IMG/VR virus record: IMGVR_UViG_3300009509_000001
Location: 32,001 to 96,000 of that record
Reading direction: 5' to 3' (one strand)
From: a virus
Length of the DNA stretch: 64,000 nucleotides
Position numbers and translations under genes: made by a program. The notes under the pieces were generated by a model that saw only the letters and a list, made by a program, of their open reading frames with translations, did no database searches and was not told the origin of the DNA. Below are positions 1-9,999 of this stretch, in pieces; within the stretch, counting starts at the first letter, position 1, and every line of letters begins with the position of its first letter.

Positions 1-393
1 AATCGAAACGCCATTGTATTTGAAAACCCCGAGCTTGTCCTTTATCAGCAGGTACTCTGCCTTGATGACGAGCTCGAGGTTCCATTTGCCAGGGGTCATG
101 ACCGGCTTGCCTTCACGGATGTAGCTGCACAACCAGCAGTTTAGAACATGGCCCATGTTGGTGTACACGGATTCCAGTATCTTGTCCGCCTGCTCGTGGC
201 TGACGTTCGAGTTGTACCCCTGCGTCAGCGTCTCGAGATGCGTACGTATCACCGTAAGGGTGTCGGCGTTGGCCTTTTTGTCTCTGCTGCGGTACCAGAG
301 CAGCGCGATCGTCAGTATCATGCTACCGAACGAAAACACGGCTACCACCGCTTCGGATACGGCCTTCAGCATCTCTTTGTCCAGCTTGTCCAT
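1..393 (-). CDS. Hypothetical membrane protein, runs off the left edge (possible holin-like)
   Basis: Not in the ORF track. Translated by hand from ATG at 393, open to position 1 (MDKLDKEMLKAVSEAVVAVFSFGSMILTIALLWYRSRD...); one N-terminal hydrophobic helix. Confidence 0.6.
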   Translation of the reverse strand, partial: MDKLDKEMLKAVSEAVVAVFSFGSMILTIALLWYRSRDKKANADTLTVIRTHLETLTQGYNSNVSHEQADKILESVYTNMGHVLNCWLCSYIREGKPVMTPGKWNLELVIKAEYLLIKDKLGVFKYNGVSI

Positions 394-401
394 TTTACCG
401 G

Positions 402-776
402 TTATTCTCCGTCAAGCAGTTCACAGATTTTGCCAGAAACTCCCGCCTGGGTGTACACGACGCACACGGCGTTCTGGATAAGGGTAGCTTCCTTGGCGGA
501 CAGCTCGACCGTGCCGTCGGCATCGATGGCATCGATGACCCGGTTGGCAAGCTTATAGCGTTCGCGCACATTCTCCGGCTTCGGGTGTTGCCCGTCGCCC
601 ACGGCGGCGGCAGGATGCAGCAGGGACGCCGCGATGACGCTGCCGACGGTCATGTCGCGCATCTCCGGAGGTTCCCCGGTTTCTCTGATTTTCTGCAGAT
701 CCTGACCGGGAACCGCTTCCTGCATGCTCTGACCGCTGATGCGGTTCATGATGACTTCATTGACGTCAATCTTCAT
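402..776 (-). CDS. Hypothetical protein (possible tail-fibre assembly-type chaperone)
   Basis: 124 aa; GAGGAG Shine-Dalgarno (SD) upstream; lies downstream of the fibre genes. Confidence 0.65.
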   Translation of the reverse strand: MKIDVNEVIMNRISGQSMQEAVPGQDLQKIRETGEPPEMRDMTVGSVIAASLLHPAAAVGDGQHPKPENVRERYKLANRVIDAIDADGTVELSAKEATLIQNAVCVVYTQAGVSGKICELLDGE

Positions 777-855
777 GTCGTCTCCTCGTCGCTTTGTGTT
801 AATGGGGGCAACCCGAGCGGCTGCCTTTCATAATAAAATAGCATATATAGCGTAA

Positions 856-1431
856 TCAGTCAATATCCAGAACGCGGCCCGTATGCAGCGCAAACCTGCG
901 CCTTCCGGCCGATTCCTTGAGGATCTGACGAAGAGCGGATTCGAATCCGCGCAAACTGGACATGGCCGTGACCATAAGCCTGTACGGCTTTTTCCCGGTT
1001 ATCGGCTCGGCGTCGGAATCCATCGCAGCGCTGTCCCGGTATCCGTCGAACAACGAGTACGCCTCATCGGTCGTGAAGTTCATGACAAGCGTCTTCTGTT
1101 TCCAGGCACCGGCCACCACGCCTTTTGCGGTAGTGACCTGCTTCTTTCGATACGAGTCGGACTTGTCCGCGGCCACGGCGCCGCTCAGCGGGCTGCCGTC
1201 GTACGTAAACATTTCGTATACGATGCGATCAATAAGATCCGAGAACAGGTTGACGTCGCGAAGTTCGATCTCGATCTGAACGGTATCCACATACACGGGG
1301 CTCTCCGGGGTGCACTTGCCGGACAACGTGAGAAGGCCCTTGAGCGGCCCGTCCATGGTGAACGTGGACGGTACCCAGATGGCGGTCGTGGCCCCGGTCG
1401 GAAGCTCTACCCGTCGCTGTATGCAAAGCAT
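856..1431 (-). CDS. Hypothetical protein, paralog-like to 1434..2039
   Basis: 191 aa; starts 2 nt after the upstream stop; shares P[IV]TGKKP with its neighbour. Confidence 0.6.
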   Translation of the reverse strand: MLCIQRRVELPTGATTAIWVPSTFTMDGPLKGLLTLSGKCTPESPVYVDTVQIEIELRDVNLFSDLIDRIVYEMFTYDGSPLSGAVAADKSDSYRKKQVTTAKGVVAGAWKQKTLVMNFTTDEAYSLFDGYRDSAAMDSDAEPITGKKPYRLMVTAMSSLRGFESALRQILKESAGRRRFALHTGRVLDID

Positions 1432-1433
1432 GG

Positions 1434-2039
1434 CTATGCCCCCACTTCTTTGACGATTCCGCCCTCGAGCGCCGTTCCCACCATTATGTCGGCCAGGATG
1501 TCGGCATACAGGTCGGGATATGTCGCGAGCGTATCCATCGGTATCGATACGCGAATCGGCTTCTTCCCGGTAACCGGCGGCTTCCCGTTACAGAACGAGT
1601 CGACGTCCAGATACCCGAACATGTACAGCTCCACGGCATTCTCCTTCAATCTGGCAATCAGTTTGGCACACCGCCAGCAGCTGGCCGCTGCACCGGACTC
1701 GGTCACGACGCTTTTGACGATGAGCCGTCCGTGGACATCGATCGGGCATGGCTCGATGGAGCCGCCGTACCACTTGCTGTCCTCCTGGGTAAGAAGGTAC
1801 GTAGCCAGCTCCGTGAAAACGGATTCATAGCTGGCCAGGATTCTGATGTCCACGATCTGGATGTCCAGCGGCAGCAACGGATCACCGTCGGCCACAAGGG
1901 CGGCCTCGTCGACATATCCAAGCAGCGACACTTCCGCCTGCCCGGATTCCAGGTCTGCATTCAGCAGCGTACCGTCCCAGGCCAGCGCAGGGGCGCCGCA
2001 GGGCGTATCGATGCTCTTCTCAATGTATTTCTCTGCCAT
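1434..2039 (-). CDS. Hypothetical protein
   Basis: 201 aa; AGGAG SD; PVTGKKP motif. Confidence 0.7.
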   Translation of the reverse strand: MAEKYIEKSIDTPCGAPALAWDGTLLNADLESGQAEVSLLGYVDEAALVADGDPLLPLDIQIVDIRILASYESVFTELATYLLTQEDSKWYGGSIEPCPIDVHGRLIVKSVVTESGAAASCWRCAKLIARLKENAVELYMFGYLDVDSFCNGKPPVTGKKPIRVSIPMDTLATYPDLYADILADIMVGTALEGGIVKEVGA

Positions 2040-2052
2040 AATTTATCTCCTA

Positions 2053-4329
2053 TTAAAGATGTTCGCCGTCACGGAACTGCAGGGCCTTCACCAGGAAGGA
2101 CACGCCGTACGTGTTTCCGGCCGTTCCCCGACTGGCGGCTTCGATGTTCAGCCACAGCAGCTCTGCCGGATCTCCGTCGGCTTCAGCGCCCTTGTGACTG
2201 ATGTCCAGCGTAAACTGATAGGTGACCTGCTGGCCGGCCACACCGCTCTTGCTGACGGTGTGGCTCGTCTCACCGGCCGTGCTCGCAGGATCGGTGGTAG
2301 ATATGGTATCACCATCTTTGCTGGAATTCAACCAGGCGATCATCTGCAGCGTCCCGGTGCCCGAAGGAACCAGGACGACCTCCACCACAAGCGGGGCCGA
2401 CGTATCGATCCAGCGTGCGAGCGGGAACACGGCACCGACATTGTCGTCATCCGTATTGAAATTGTTGTTGATCATGCCGGCCTTGCAGTTGGAGCTGCGC
2501 CACAGATCCTGGTCGCCCATGTTGGCGCCGGCGTCCTGGAAACTGTTCCAGAACACGGGGATACCGGCGTAGGCCCTGGCGTTTCCGGACATCTGCCGGA
2601 ACCCGTCGACATTGATCTTGACATTGTCCGTCTGCAGTCTTATCTGCTCGAAGGTCGGCGCCGTAGTGATCGTGGCCGTGATAATACGGAATCTGACCCA
2701 ATAATAACTGGTGCCCAGCGTCATCGGATCAGTCTTGGTCCAGTCGGCCCGTATGGCCGGGTTGAACATGACGTCGTAAGTTCCTGTGGCCACGGTGAAC
2801 AAAGCGCTGTTCTTGCGGTAGTACTTGCCGGACGCCTGCACGGTCATGATGTTGAACCTGGACCAGACATCTCCCCAGGTTCCGGTAGCGTCATTGGCCA
2901 CCCAGGTATCGGTGATCTCGAACGTATTCGTAGTAACGTTGGTGATCTCGAACGTACCGTTGTAGTTGGTGGTTCCGGAAATCGTGACGACGTCGCCGTT
3001 GGACAATCCGTGTGCAGCGGAAGTAACGGTGACCTGGCCGCCGCCGGCATCGGCGAACGCCGTAATAGAGCCTGTCTGTGCTGTCGGGTATTCAGCAACC
3101 ATATCGCCGGAACCGAGTACGGCCGCCACCGTACTGCTGAACTGGATTCCGAGGAACTTGTGGAATTCGGAAGTGGATATGGGAACCATCGACCCGACGT
3201 AAAGCGCATCGTTGACGTCGAGGCCCATGGTGAACGTACTCGCAGCTGGGCTCTTGGCTTCGGTCGTTCTGTCAGTGTATGTCGTAAGCCCGTCGTCATA
3301 CGTATATACAAGCATGCCGTTGACGTAGCTTGCGCCTGCGCCGAGGGACGCTTTGCGCGGGAACGTCGGATGCCCGACATGCAGCTCCGCGAGTACGGCG
3401 AGCGACTCTGCTTCTGCCGCGGTGCTGAGGAAGTGCGCCTGCATTGTCGCATCCGGGTGCAGACTGAAATAGTTGGCGTCGGAGATACCGAATCCCTTCG
3501 AGATCGTCCCGGCTCCCGCCTGGTAATTCAAAACCGTGTTGTCCAGGAAACTGACGTTGAACCCGGAGAACACACTGCCTGTCCCGGTGATGTCGCAGCC
3601 ATAGTCGTTCTCGTTCATGATCCCTGCGCGGAGGATGAGTTCGCCGCCCGACTCGATGTAGCAACCCTTAGTGGCGTTGCGCACGATGACCTCGTTGGCA
3701 TCGAGTACGCCGGTGGCCGATACGTGCAGTCCGTTGACGACGCTTGCCTGCTCACTGAAGCCACTGAATAGCGTGGCGTGTCCGCCGGAGACGAAAATAA
3801 GGTCCGTCAGTGCCAGATTGCCGCCCGTACGGATGTCGAAGATAGCGGGTGTGCCCGCTTCAACCTTGATGCCGACCGTCATTGCGTCGCCGAACGGCAG
3901 GAATACCGGACGGCGGATCGTCGGACGGGCGCTTGCATGGTTCACCAGGACACAACGGGTGACGTCCAGGAACGTGATGTCGTCCAATACGTAACTGCCG
4001 GCCGCATTGATGTTGAACGCATAGGCTGACGAAAGATGATTCTGGATGGCCACGCCGATAACCTTGGAACCGGAGGACAGGGTGATGGCTTCCTGCGTCG
4101 TGTTTCCGGTGAAGTCCAGGATGGTGTCTCCACCGAGGGCCTGCAGCGTGACGTAGGCAGGGACGTTAAGCACATTGTTGCCGATGCTGTAGACGCCGGC
4201 GTTCAGATACACGACGTACGGCTTGCTGATGGACGAGTCGGTGATGGCATCCAATGCCGCCTTGATGTCGTCGCCTACGCACAGGTTGTATATCTGCTTG
4301 GCAGGATTATGATGGTTGTCGTGGCCCAT
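2053..4329 (-). CDS. Tail fibre/spike-like protein with N-terminal beta-helix-like region
   Basis: 758 aa; beta-helix-like periodicity in the N-terminal third; AHGLSNGDVVTISGTTNYNGTFEIT segment typical of phage tail proteins; tail context. Confidence 0.65.
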   Translation of the reverse strand: MGHDNHHNPAKQIYNLCVGDDIKAALDAITDSSISKPYVVYLNAGVYSIGNNVLNVPAYVTLQALGGDTILDFTGNTTQEAITLSSGSKVIGVAIQNHLSSAYAFNINAAGSYVLDDITFLDVTRCVLVNHASARPTIRRPVFLPFGDAMTVGIKVEAGTPAIFDIRTGGNLALTDLIFVSGGHATLFSGFSEQASVVNGLHVSATGVLDANEVIVRNATKGCYIESGGELILRAGIMNENDYGCDITGTGSVFSGFNVSFLDNTVLNYQAGAGTISKGFGISDANYFSLHPDATMQAHFLSTAAEAESLAVLAELHVGHPTFPRKASLGAGASYVNGMLVYTYDDGLTTYTDRTTEAKSPAASTFTMGLDVNDALYVGSMVPISTSEFHKFLGIQFSSTVAAVLGSGDMVAEYPTAQTGSITAFADAGGGQVTVTSAAHGLSNGDVVTISGTTNYNGTFEITNVTTNTFEITDTWVANDATGTWGDVWSRFNIMTVQASGKYYRKNSALFTVATGTYDVMFNPAIRADWTKTDPMTLGTSYYWVRFRIITATITTAPTFEQIRLQTDNVKINVDGFRQMSGNARAYAGIPVFWNSFQDAGANMGDQDLWRSSNCKAGMINNNFNTDDDNVGAVFPLARWIDTSAPLVVEVVLVPSGTGTLQMIAWLNSSKDGDTISTTDPASTAGETSHTVSKSGVAGQQVTYQFTLDISHKGAEADGDPAELLWLNIEAASRGTAGNTYGVSFLVKALQFRDGEHL

Positions 4330-4340
4330 AGTTCTCTCCC

Positions 4341-5036
4341 CTATGTTCTAAATGGTGCGTCTTTGTTCTTCGTTCCGCCCACCATTGGCCTGAAGTGAAC
4401 GTCACCAGTTTCGATGAACGGATCGGACGACATCGTGCCGTTGTAGGTCCAGGTGATTTGAATGATGCCGTCCACCTCGATCTCGTCGGTGTCGAGCAAC
4501 CCGCCCGCACCACCAGGGGCACTGAGCTGGATCTCGTTGACGACGTGGCAGAACTGCGGATAGTTGGCGATGGTCAGTCCGTTGACGGCGATCTGCAGAG
4601 CGATCGGTGGGCTGAACTTGGCGAACGGCGCAGCCGTATTGCGTGGTGCGTAGCTGACTGCCAGGTTCATCACGAAGTTGCCGCTGATCGTCTCCGCACC
4701 AAGCAGATCCGTAGCGCTTCCCGCATTGTGCGCCCAGTGCGGATGCACATACAGGTCGCTGCCCAGTACGTACCGGTGTGGGATATGGTAGCGCGTGTCG
4801 ACCTTGTCGTTGGGGCCATACTGGAACCCGCGGACTATCGTACCGCCGTTGTCCTGAAAGTTGGCCACGGCTGGTGCGTTCGCGCCGGCGTAGTCGGGAA
4901 GGACAAGGCCGATGATGTCGTCCCATCCCCAGTCGTTTGCGAGCTCGTCACCGACCTTCATGCCTTCGCTTCCGGAGGGCATGACAATTTCCGCAGGGTA
5001 TATGGTTGCTCCGTTGTGATTTTCATGTCCTGGCAT
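4341..5036 (-). CDS. Virion structural protein (beta-sandwich-like)
   Basis: 231 aa; AGGAG SD; beta-rich composition; tail module. Confidence 0.55.
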   Translation of the reverse strand: MPGHENHNGATIYPAEIVMPSGSEGMKVGDELANDWGWDDIIGLVLPDYAGANAPAVANFQDNGGTIVRGFQYGPNDKVDTRYHIPHRYVLGSDLYVHPHWAHNAGSATDLLGAETISGNFVMNLAVSYAPRNTAAPFAKFSPPIALQIAVNGLTIANYPQFCHVVNEIQLSAPGGAGGLLDTDEIEVDGIIQITWTYNGTMSSDPFIETGDVHFRPMVGGTKNKDAPFRT

Positions 5037-5048
5037 ATAATAATCTCC

Positions 5049-7871
5049 TTAAATCATTGGCGGACGGCGCTTGTATGGATGCGTGTCCGGAAGTTGATGC
5101 GGGAAGCCCCATTTCCAGGCGAGGTAGCCTTCGATCTTGTAGATCGTATCCGAGTCTAGCGGAACAGGTACTATCAGCACCTCGTTAACGTCTCCGAAGC
5201 CTTCGGAATCCGTACCTGCGTTACCGCCGAGTGCGGTTGCTTGATCGTCAGGTGATCCGCTGAATACGAACGATAGTGCGCCGCCGTTCTTTTGATAAGC
5301 ATTGCCACCTGGGACGAAGCCTATTAGTGCCCGCTCTGCTTCAGCCCAGGCAATGCCGGAAGCCCCCGTAAAGCCGGGCGCCATGTGTCCGACATCGTCT
5401 CCGCCCGTGTTCACGACAAACGGCTGATTGCCGGCGCTTGTGTACAGAAGCGTCCTGATCGCCGTATTCGCTCGGGGTGCCCCCACTACGAACATGTAAT
5501 AGGTAGCTCCCAGCGGAGTCGTGAAGTCCATGTTGTCGTCGAGTCCGAACGCTACGGTCTTCCCTGTAATCGTCGGTCGCTGTGCCGGTGTGGCCTGGAC
5601 CAGATGGTTGGCGTTGCCGCTCCTGTCATTCCAGGCGGATACGGCCCCGGCACCTTCATCCGTAATGGTACTGGTATACGCTGCGTCGTACCATGCTGCC
5701 GTGGCAATGTCGTTCGGCGTCCAGAGCTTGGTGCGCTGCGGCTTCTTCGCCTTGTACGGGTGGTCAGCCGGCAGATTGGCGGTCAGGCCCCACTTGTGGG
5801 CCAGGTAGCCTTCGATCTGCTGGCGAGTGGTCTGCGAGGCACCCTCAAGTACGATGATTTCGCCCATCGCGCCGTTCATGCCGACAGTGCTGTCCACGTT
5901 GAGGAGTGCGGAATCGGTTACGTCAGCCGGAACGGCGGTACCGTTGGTAGACCCCGTGGACGTCAATTCAACACCATCCAGGAAAGCCTTTGCCTCGGCA
6001 TACTGATCGCCGGCTGCGCGTGTGAACACCGCTATGTGCGCGGTGGCGTCGCCCGCTATGTCGAACTTTACCATACCGTCGATGTATCGCCAGGATAGTT
6101 GGTCCTGTTCATATGAAATGCCCAGGCTGCCGTTGCCCGCGCCGATCTGCAGGAACCTGCCAAAACCGGTGGCTGGGTCGTCGTCACTTGCGAGTACCGC
6201 TACGACACACAAATCAGGGTCGGCGCCGAGGCCGAGCCTGGACGCGATGTCCATTGACTCGGCAGCCGTATCGTCGAAATCAAGAGCGTTACGTCCGTTG
6301 ATCGTACGTATGCGCGTTGTAGGCCGCTGGCTGGCGACACTCTGTATGGCGTGCCTGGCGTTACCGCTCTTGTCATTCCACTGCTGCACGTCGGTCGACG
6401 CCTGGGAGATTATGAGAACCTCGGAGATGGCCAGGATGTACATCTGTTCGGTGACCGCTGCGCTGTCGGCGCGGCGCCACTGGAAGTCGTCCTCGGCTTC
6501 GCAGATGCCCAAAGACACGGATGCCCCGCCCACTTCCTTGCCGGCGAGAGCGGAGCCGTTCTGGGCGCAGCCCGTCCATACAGGCGTATAGTTGAAGAAC
6601 GGGGCCGTGCCGGGAAGATCCGGAGCCGACGAAACCGCGGCACCGTTCTCGAAGCGATTGATCTTGTTGGGAAGCGCGGGCGGGCTGGTGAACAGCCCTG
6701 CCAGGTTTTCCTTTACCGTTTGAGACGCCATATTGAACAGGGCGCTGTCCGTGGAGACGCCGGGGACCATATCCGTATTAACCTGGGCGGCCACCGTCGG
6801 AGTCGATACGAACGCCTTCCAGGTTATGGCTCCGAGGCCGGCAGCCGCTGCCGCCGCCTGGACGTGATTGTTGTAATCGGCGATGTTACTGGACGTCGCA
6901 TCACGCACGGTGCTGCTGACGAAGGCCATGCGATATTTGTCGCCGATCTTCCAGAGAGCGCCCGTGTTCGGATTGATCCCGCCGTTGGCCGTGAGATCCA
7001 GCAGCCCGGCGTTCACCGGAGTCCGTTCGACGGTATCGGCGTCGGCACCGTCGTACCAGGCGACCATAGCGATGTCGCTCGGGTCCCAGTCTTCCGCGGC
7101 CAGCGACGAGTCGGTGGGTGGGCGGTACTTGAACGGGTGGTCTTCCGGCAAACTGGCTGTCAGTCCCCACTTATGGGCCAGGTGACCTTCCATCTTCTGC
7201 CTATCTTCCGGACTCAAGTGCGGTGTGATGATGAACTCGGCGACTGCACCGTCGAACCTTCCTGCGGAGAAGTCGTTGGTACACAGATTAATGAAATAAA
7301 TACTGGTCGGGGCGTCCGGAATGTCTTTATCACTGATAGTAGGATCTACCGTACCGTCCCTGAATATGGAGATGGCACTCCCGTCGAACGCCCACGCTGC
7401 TATGTGCGGATTCGCATCCCAGGTGAATGTCCCTCCGGCCGACGACGGCACTGCTGCGTCATTGCCATAAAAATACCCGCCGAGACCGCCCAAAGTGGCG
7501 CCCGCTCGCAAACCCTTTCCGGCGGATCTGAACGTGAACAGGTTCTCGTTGTTGCTGAGGTCCGATATGGCCACGGCGTATACGTCGTAATCGGTGTTCC
7601 GAAGCCCTGCTGGGGATACTTTCCTCAGACGTTCTTCAAAGGTATCGTTGAAGTCAATGATGTTCTTGCCATTCAACGTACGCGTGCCGGTAGACGGCTT
7701 GAGGGCCAGCGTGGTCTCAGTCAGGTGGTTTCCTTTACCGCTCTTGTCGCTCCACTGCTCCACCCTACCAGGATTGGTGGTGTGGATAACGGTCGACAAG
7801 TCAGAGGCGTCGTACCACGCTTCGGTAGCGAGCAGCTTCGGTGTCCAGGGTCTCATTCCTATTGCTGGCAT
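5049..7871 (-). CDS. Receptor-binding/tail fibre protein with three LamG-like repeats and an inserted lectin-like domain
   Basis: 940 aa; three modules W.P..I...AWYD[AG]...W.D[KR]SG...EG[YH]LA[HW]KWG...LP..HP[YF]K; the second is interrupted by GDKYRMAFVSSTVRDATSSNIADYN... (about 200 aa). Confidence 0.75.
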   Translation of the reverse strand: MPAIGMRPWTPKLLATEAWYDASDLSTVIHTTNPGRVEQWSDKSGKGNHLTETTLALKPSTGTRTLNGKNIIDFNDTFEERLRKVSPAGLRNTDYDVYAVAISDLSNNENLFTFRSAGKGLRAGATLGGLGGYFYGNDAAVPSSAGGTFTWDANPHIAAWAFDGSAISIFRDGTVDPTISDKDIPDAPTSIYFINLCTNDFSAGRFDGAVAEFIITPHLSPEDRQKMEGHLAHKWGLTASLPEDHPFKYRPPTDSSLAAEDWDPSDIAMVAWYDGADADTVERTPVNAGLLDLTANGGINPNTGALWKIGDKYRMAFVSSTVRDATSSNIADYNNHVQAAAAAAGLGAITWKAFVSTPTVAAQVNTDMVPGVSTDSALFNMASQTVKENLAGLFTSPPALPNKINRFENGAAVSSAPDLPGTAPFFNYTPVWTGCAQNGSALAGKEVGGASVSLGICEAEDDFQWRRADSAAVTEQMYILAISEVLIISQASTDVQQWNDKSGNARHAIQSVASQRPTTRIRTINGRNALDFDDTAAESMDIASRLGLGADPDLCVVAVLASDDDPATGFGRFLQIGAGNGSLGISYEQDQLSWRYIDGMVKFDIAGDATAHIAVFTRAAGDQYAEAKAFLDGVELTSTGSTNGTAVPADVTDSALLNVDSTVGMNGAMGEIIVLEGASQTTRQQIEGYLAHKWGLTANLPADHPYKAKKPQRTKLWTPNDIATAAWYDAAYTSTITDEGAGAVSAWNDRSGNANHLVQATPAQRPTITGKTVAFGLDDNMDFTTPLGATYYMFVVGAPRANTAIRTLLYTSAGNQPFVVNTGGDDVGHMAPGFTGASGIAWAEAERALIGFVPGGNAYQKNGGALSFVFSGSPDDQATALGGNAGTDSEGFGDVNEVLIVPVPLDSDTIYKIEGYLAWKWGFPHQLPDTHPYKRRPPMI

Positions 7872-7881
7872 ATGTCAATCC

Positions 7882-9999
7882 TTAAATGTGCGGAGGGTCG
7901 ATCTTGTACGGGTGGTTGGACGGCAGCTTGGCCTGCAACCCCCATTTATGGGCGAGGTAACCTTCGGCTTTCTGTCTCGTTACAGTGTCAGATACCGGGA
8001 CCATAATGAATTCACCTATAGCTGTCAGGGTGTTTGCATCGGCAAAAGCCCCCAGTTCGATTGTGTCTACGGTGAACGGAGGAGTAACCGTGCCGGTTGT
8101 CCCTGCGGCATTTCCGTTAAGATAGCCTTTAACGTTGGTCTCGTCATAGGAGCACGACACTATCATCGGCGTTGCTTCCAGTGTCGCCGAACCGAAAACC
8201 TGTTGGTTAGTTCCGGCGTCGTTTTCCATCCTGAAATTAATAGCCTTGAGTCCGTTAACCTTGGTGTATGCAAACGCCTGGCCACCGGAATTTGATAACT
8301 GCCAGAAGGCTTCATACGCCAGAAGAGGATTATACCAAGCTCCTACAAAAACTACCTCAAACCCGCCGCTGCTCGAAAACGGTAGAGACCCAACGAGCTT
8401 TCTCGGGAACTCCGAGTAAACAGTATTAAGTCCGTTTATGAACTTACTTCCTATCTGCGGCTGCGACGTAGGAACGGCTTGCGACACATGCCGGGCATTG
8501 CCACTCTTATCGCTCCACTGGCTTACAGATCCGCCAGCTTCGGTAACGGTGCTGGTAGCCGAGGCGTCATACCAGGCTGCCGTGTCGATGTCAGCAGGTG
8601 TCCACAGAACCGTAGGAGCTGCGTCCTTGTACGGGTGATCGTCAGGGAGGTTCGCAGTAAGCCCCCACTTGTGGGCCAGGTAGCCTTCGATCCGCTGGCG
8701 GTCTGCAAGAGTCGGCTCTGTCAGCATGATGATGACTTCACCAAGCTTCCCGTCCAAATTGTCGGCGCCGTTACGCCCTAATCGGCTGATTTCAAAGTCC
8801 ACTGCGCTCCAGGTTCCGGCACTGACGGGAGTTCCGCCGTTCTTGGCAACATACGCTTCGTTGTCAGATCCGACCCAGTACTCCAGAATACCTGGTGTTC
8901 CTGCCGATATACCGCTGCCGGCTGCTCCGGTGAAGTCTATACCTCCAACCTCATCGGCACCTAACCTCATATAAAACTTGTCTTGGAACAGCCCAAGTTG
9001 TGTGTATCGACTTGTAGTGGAGTCGTACACCACTGAGTTAGTCGCATCCGAATCCGTCTCCATAACAATAAAGCAGTACAACGGAGGATTATCGGTAATT
9101 ATAGATGATAATGGCATCTGTGTCTGGGGGCTAAGAGCTTGCCAGTCAAGGGTGTTTAATCCATTTATAGTCCTGGTACCTGTAATGGGCTGGACGGTAG
9201 GCGTTGGTTGGATCAGGTGGTTGGCATTACCGCTCTTGTCGCTCCACTGCTCCACCTGTCCGGGCGTCGTGGTGTCGTCGATCGTTGTTTCGTCGGCTGC
9301 ATCGTACCAGGCGGCCGTAGCAATCTTGTCAGGTGCCCAGTTGACGCGCCTGGCGCCGTTGATCTGCTCGACCTTGACGCTGGTGATGATGGCGGAAGCC
9401 GTCGCGCCGATTATGGCAATGGCCAGATCGTAGCCTTTGCGTCCGATGTCGTTGACCGGGTCGGTAGTGTATTCACCTACAAAGGTATGAACGAGGTCAT
9501 CGCTCGCCACCGATCCGGTAAGGCTTACGAATGCCCTTGCTTTCTGTATGGCACCGACACCTACAAAGTCTGACCGACTACCTAGACCTGTTGCTGGAAA
9601 CCCAGGCTCAAAGGCACACAGCCTGACATCGTAGGCACCACTGGCAGCGCCGTAAAGCTTTCCGCTAAGAAACTTGTCGTAGGCCACTGTGATCGTGAAC
9701 CGGTACGTAACCGTATTGATATTGATCGGCCCTATAACACTCTCAGCTGTGATGGCACCGGTGTTGGTGTAGTTGGGGTCAACGCCCTGTTCATCTGCTG
9801 GTCCTGGACTGACCCAGTCCCCGCTAGAGGCATTATTCAAGCCGATACGATCAGCACCGAAGCCATTACTGGACCTAAGCCAGCCGACCGTCGGAACTCC
9901 CTGTAGATACCCGGGAACGACAGGGCTCTCGAAGCCCTCCTCAAACAGAAGAGCTCCCGGCGCAAGCTGCTTTGCGGTGGCTAATACTAGATTGCTCAT
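7882..9999 (-). CDS. Receptor-binding/tail fibre protein with two LamG-like repeats
   Basis: 705 aa; same module twice, after an unrelated N-terminal domain of about 220 aa. Confidence 0.75.
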   Translation of the reverse strand: MSNLVLATAKQLAPGALLFEEGFESPVVPGYLQGVPTVGWLRSSNGFGADRIGLNNASSGDWVSPGPADEQGVDPNYTNTGAITAESVIGPININTVTYRFTITVAYDKFLSGKLYGAASGAYDVRLCAFEPGFPATGLGSRSDFVGVGAIQKARAFVSLTGSVASDDLVHTFVGEYTTDPVNDIGRKGYDLAIAIIGATASAIITSVKVEQINGARRVNWAPDKIATAAWYDAADETTIDDTTTPGQVEQWSDKSGNANHLIQPTPTVQPITGTRTINGLNTLDWQALSPQTQMPLSSIITDNPPLYCFIVMETDSDATNSVVYDSTTSRYTQLGLFQDKFYMRLGADEVGGIDFTGAAGSGISAGTPGILEYWVGSDNEAYVAKNGGTPVSAGTWSAVDFEISRLGRNGADNLDGKLGEVIIMLTEPTLADRQRIEGYLAHKWGLTANLPDDHPYKDAAPTVLWTPADIDTAAWYDASATSTVTEAGGSVSQWSDKSGNARHVSQAVPTSQPQIGSKFINGLNTVYSEFPRKLVGSLPFSSSGGFEVVFVGAWYNPLLAYEAFWQLSNSGGQAFAYTKVNGLKAINFRMENDAGTNQQVFGSATLEATPMIVSCSYDETNVKGYLNGNAAGTTGTVTPPFTVDTIELGAFADANTLTAIGEFIMVPVSDTVTRQKAEGYLAHKWGLQAKLPSNHPYKIDPPHI

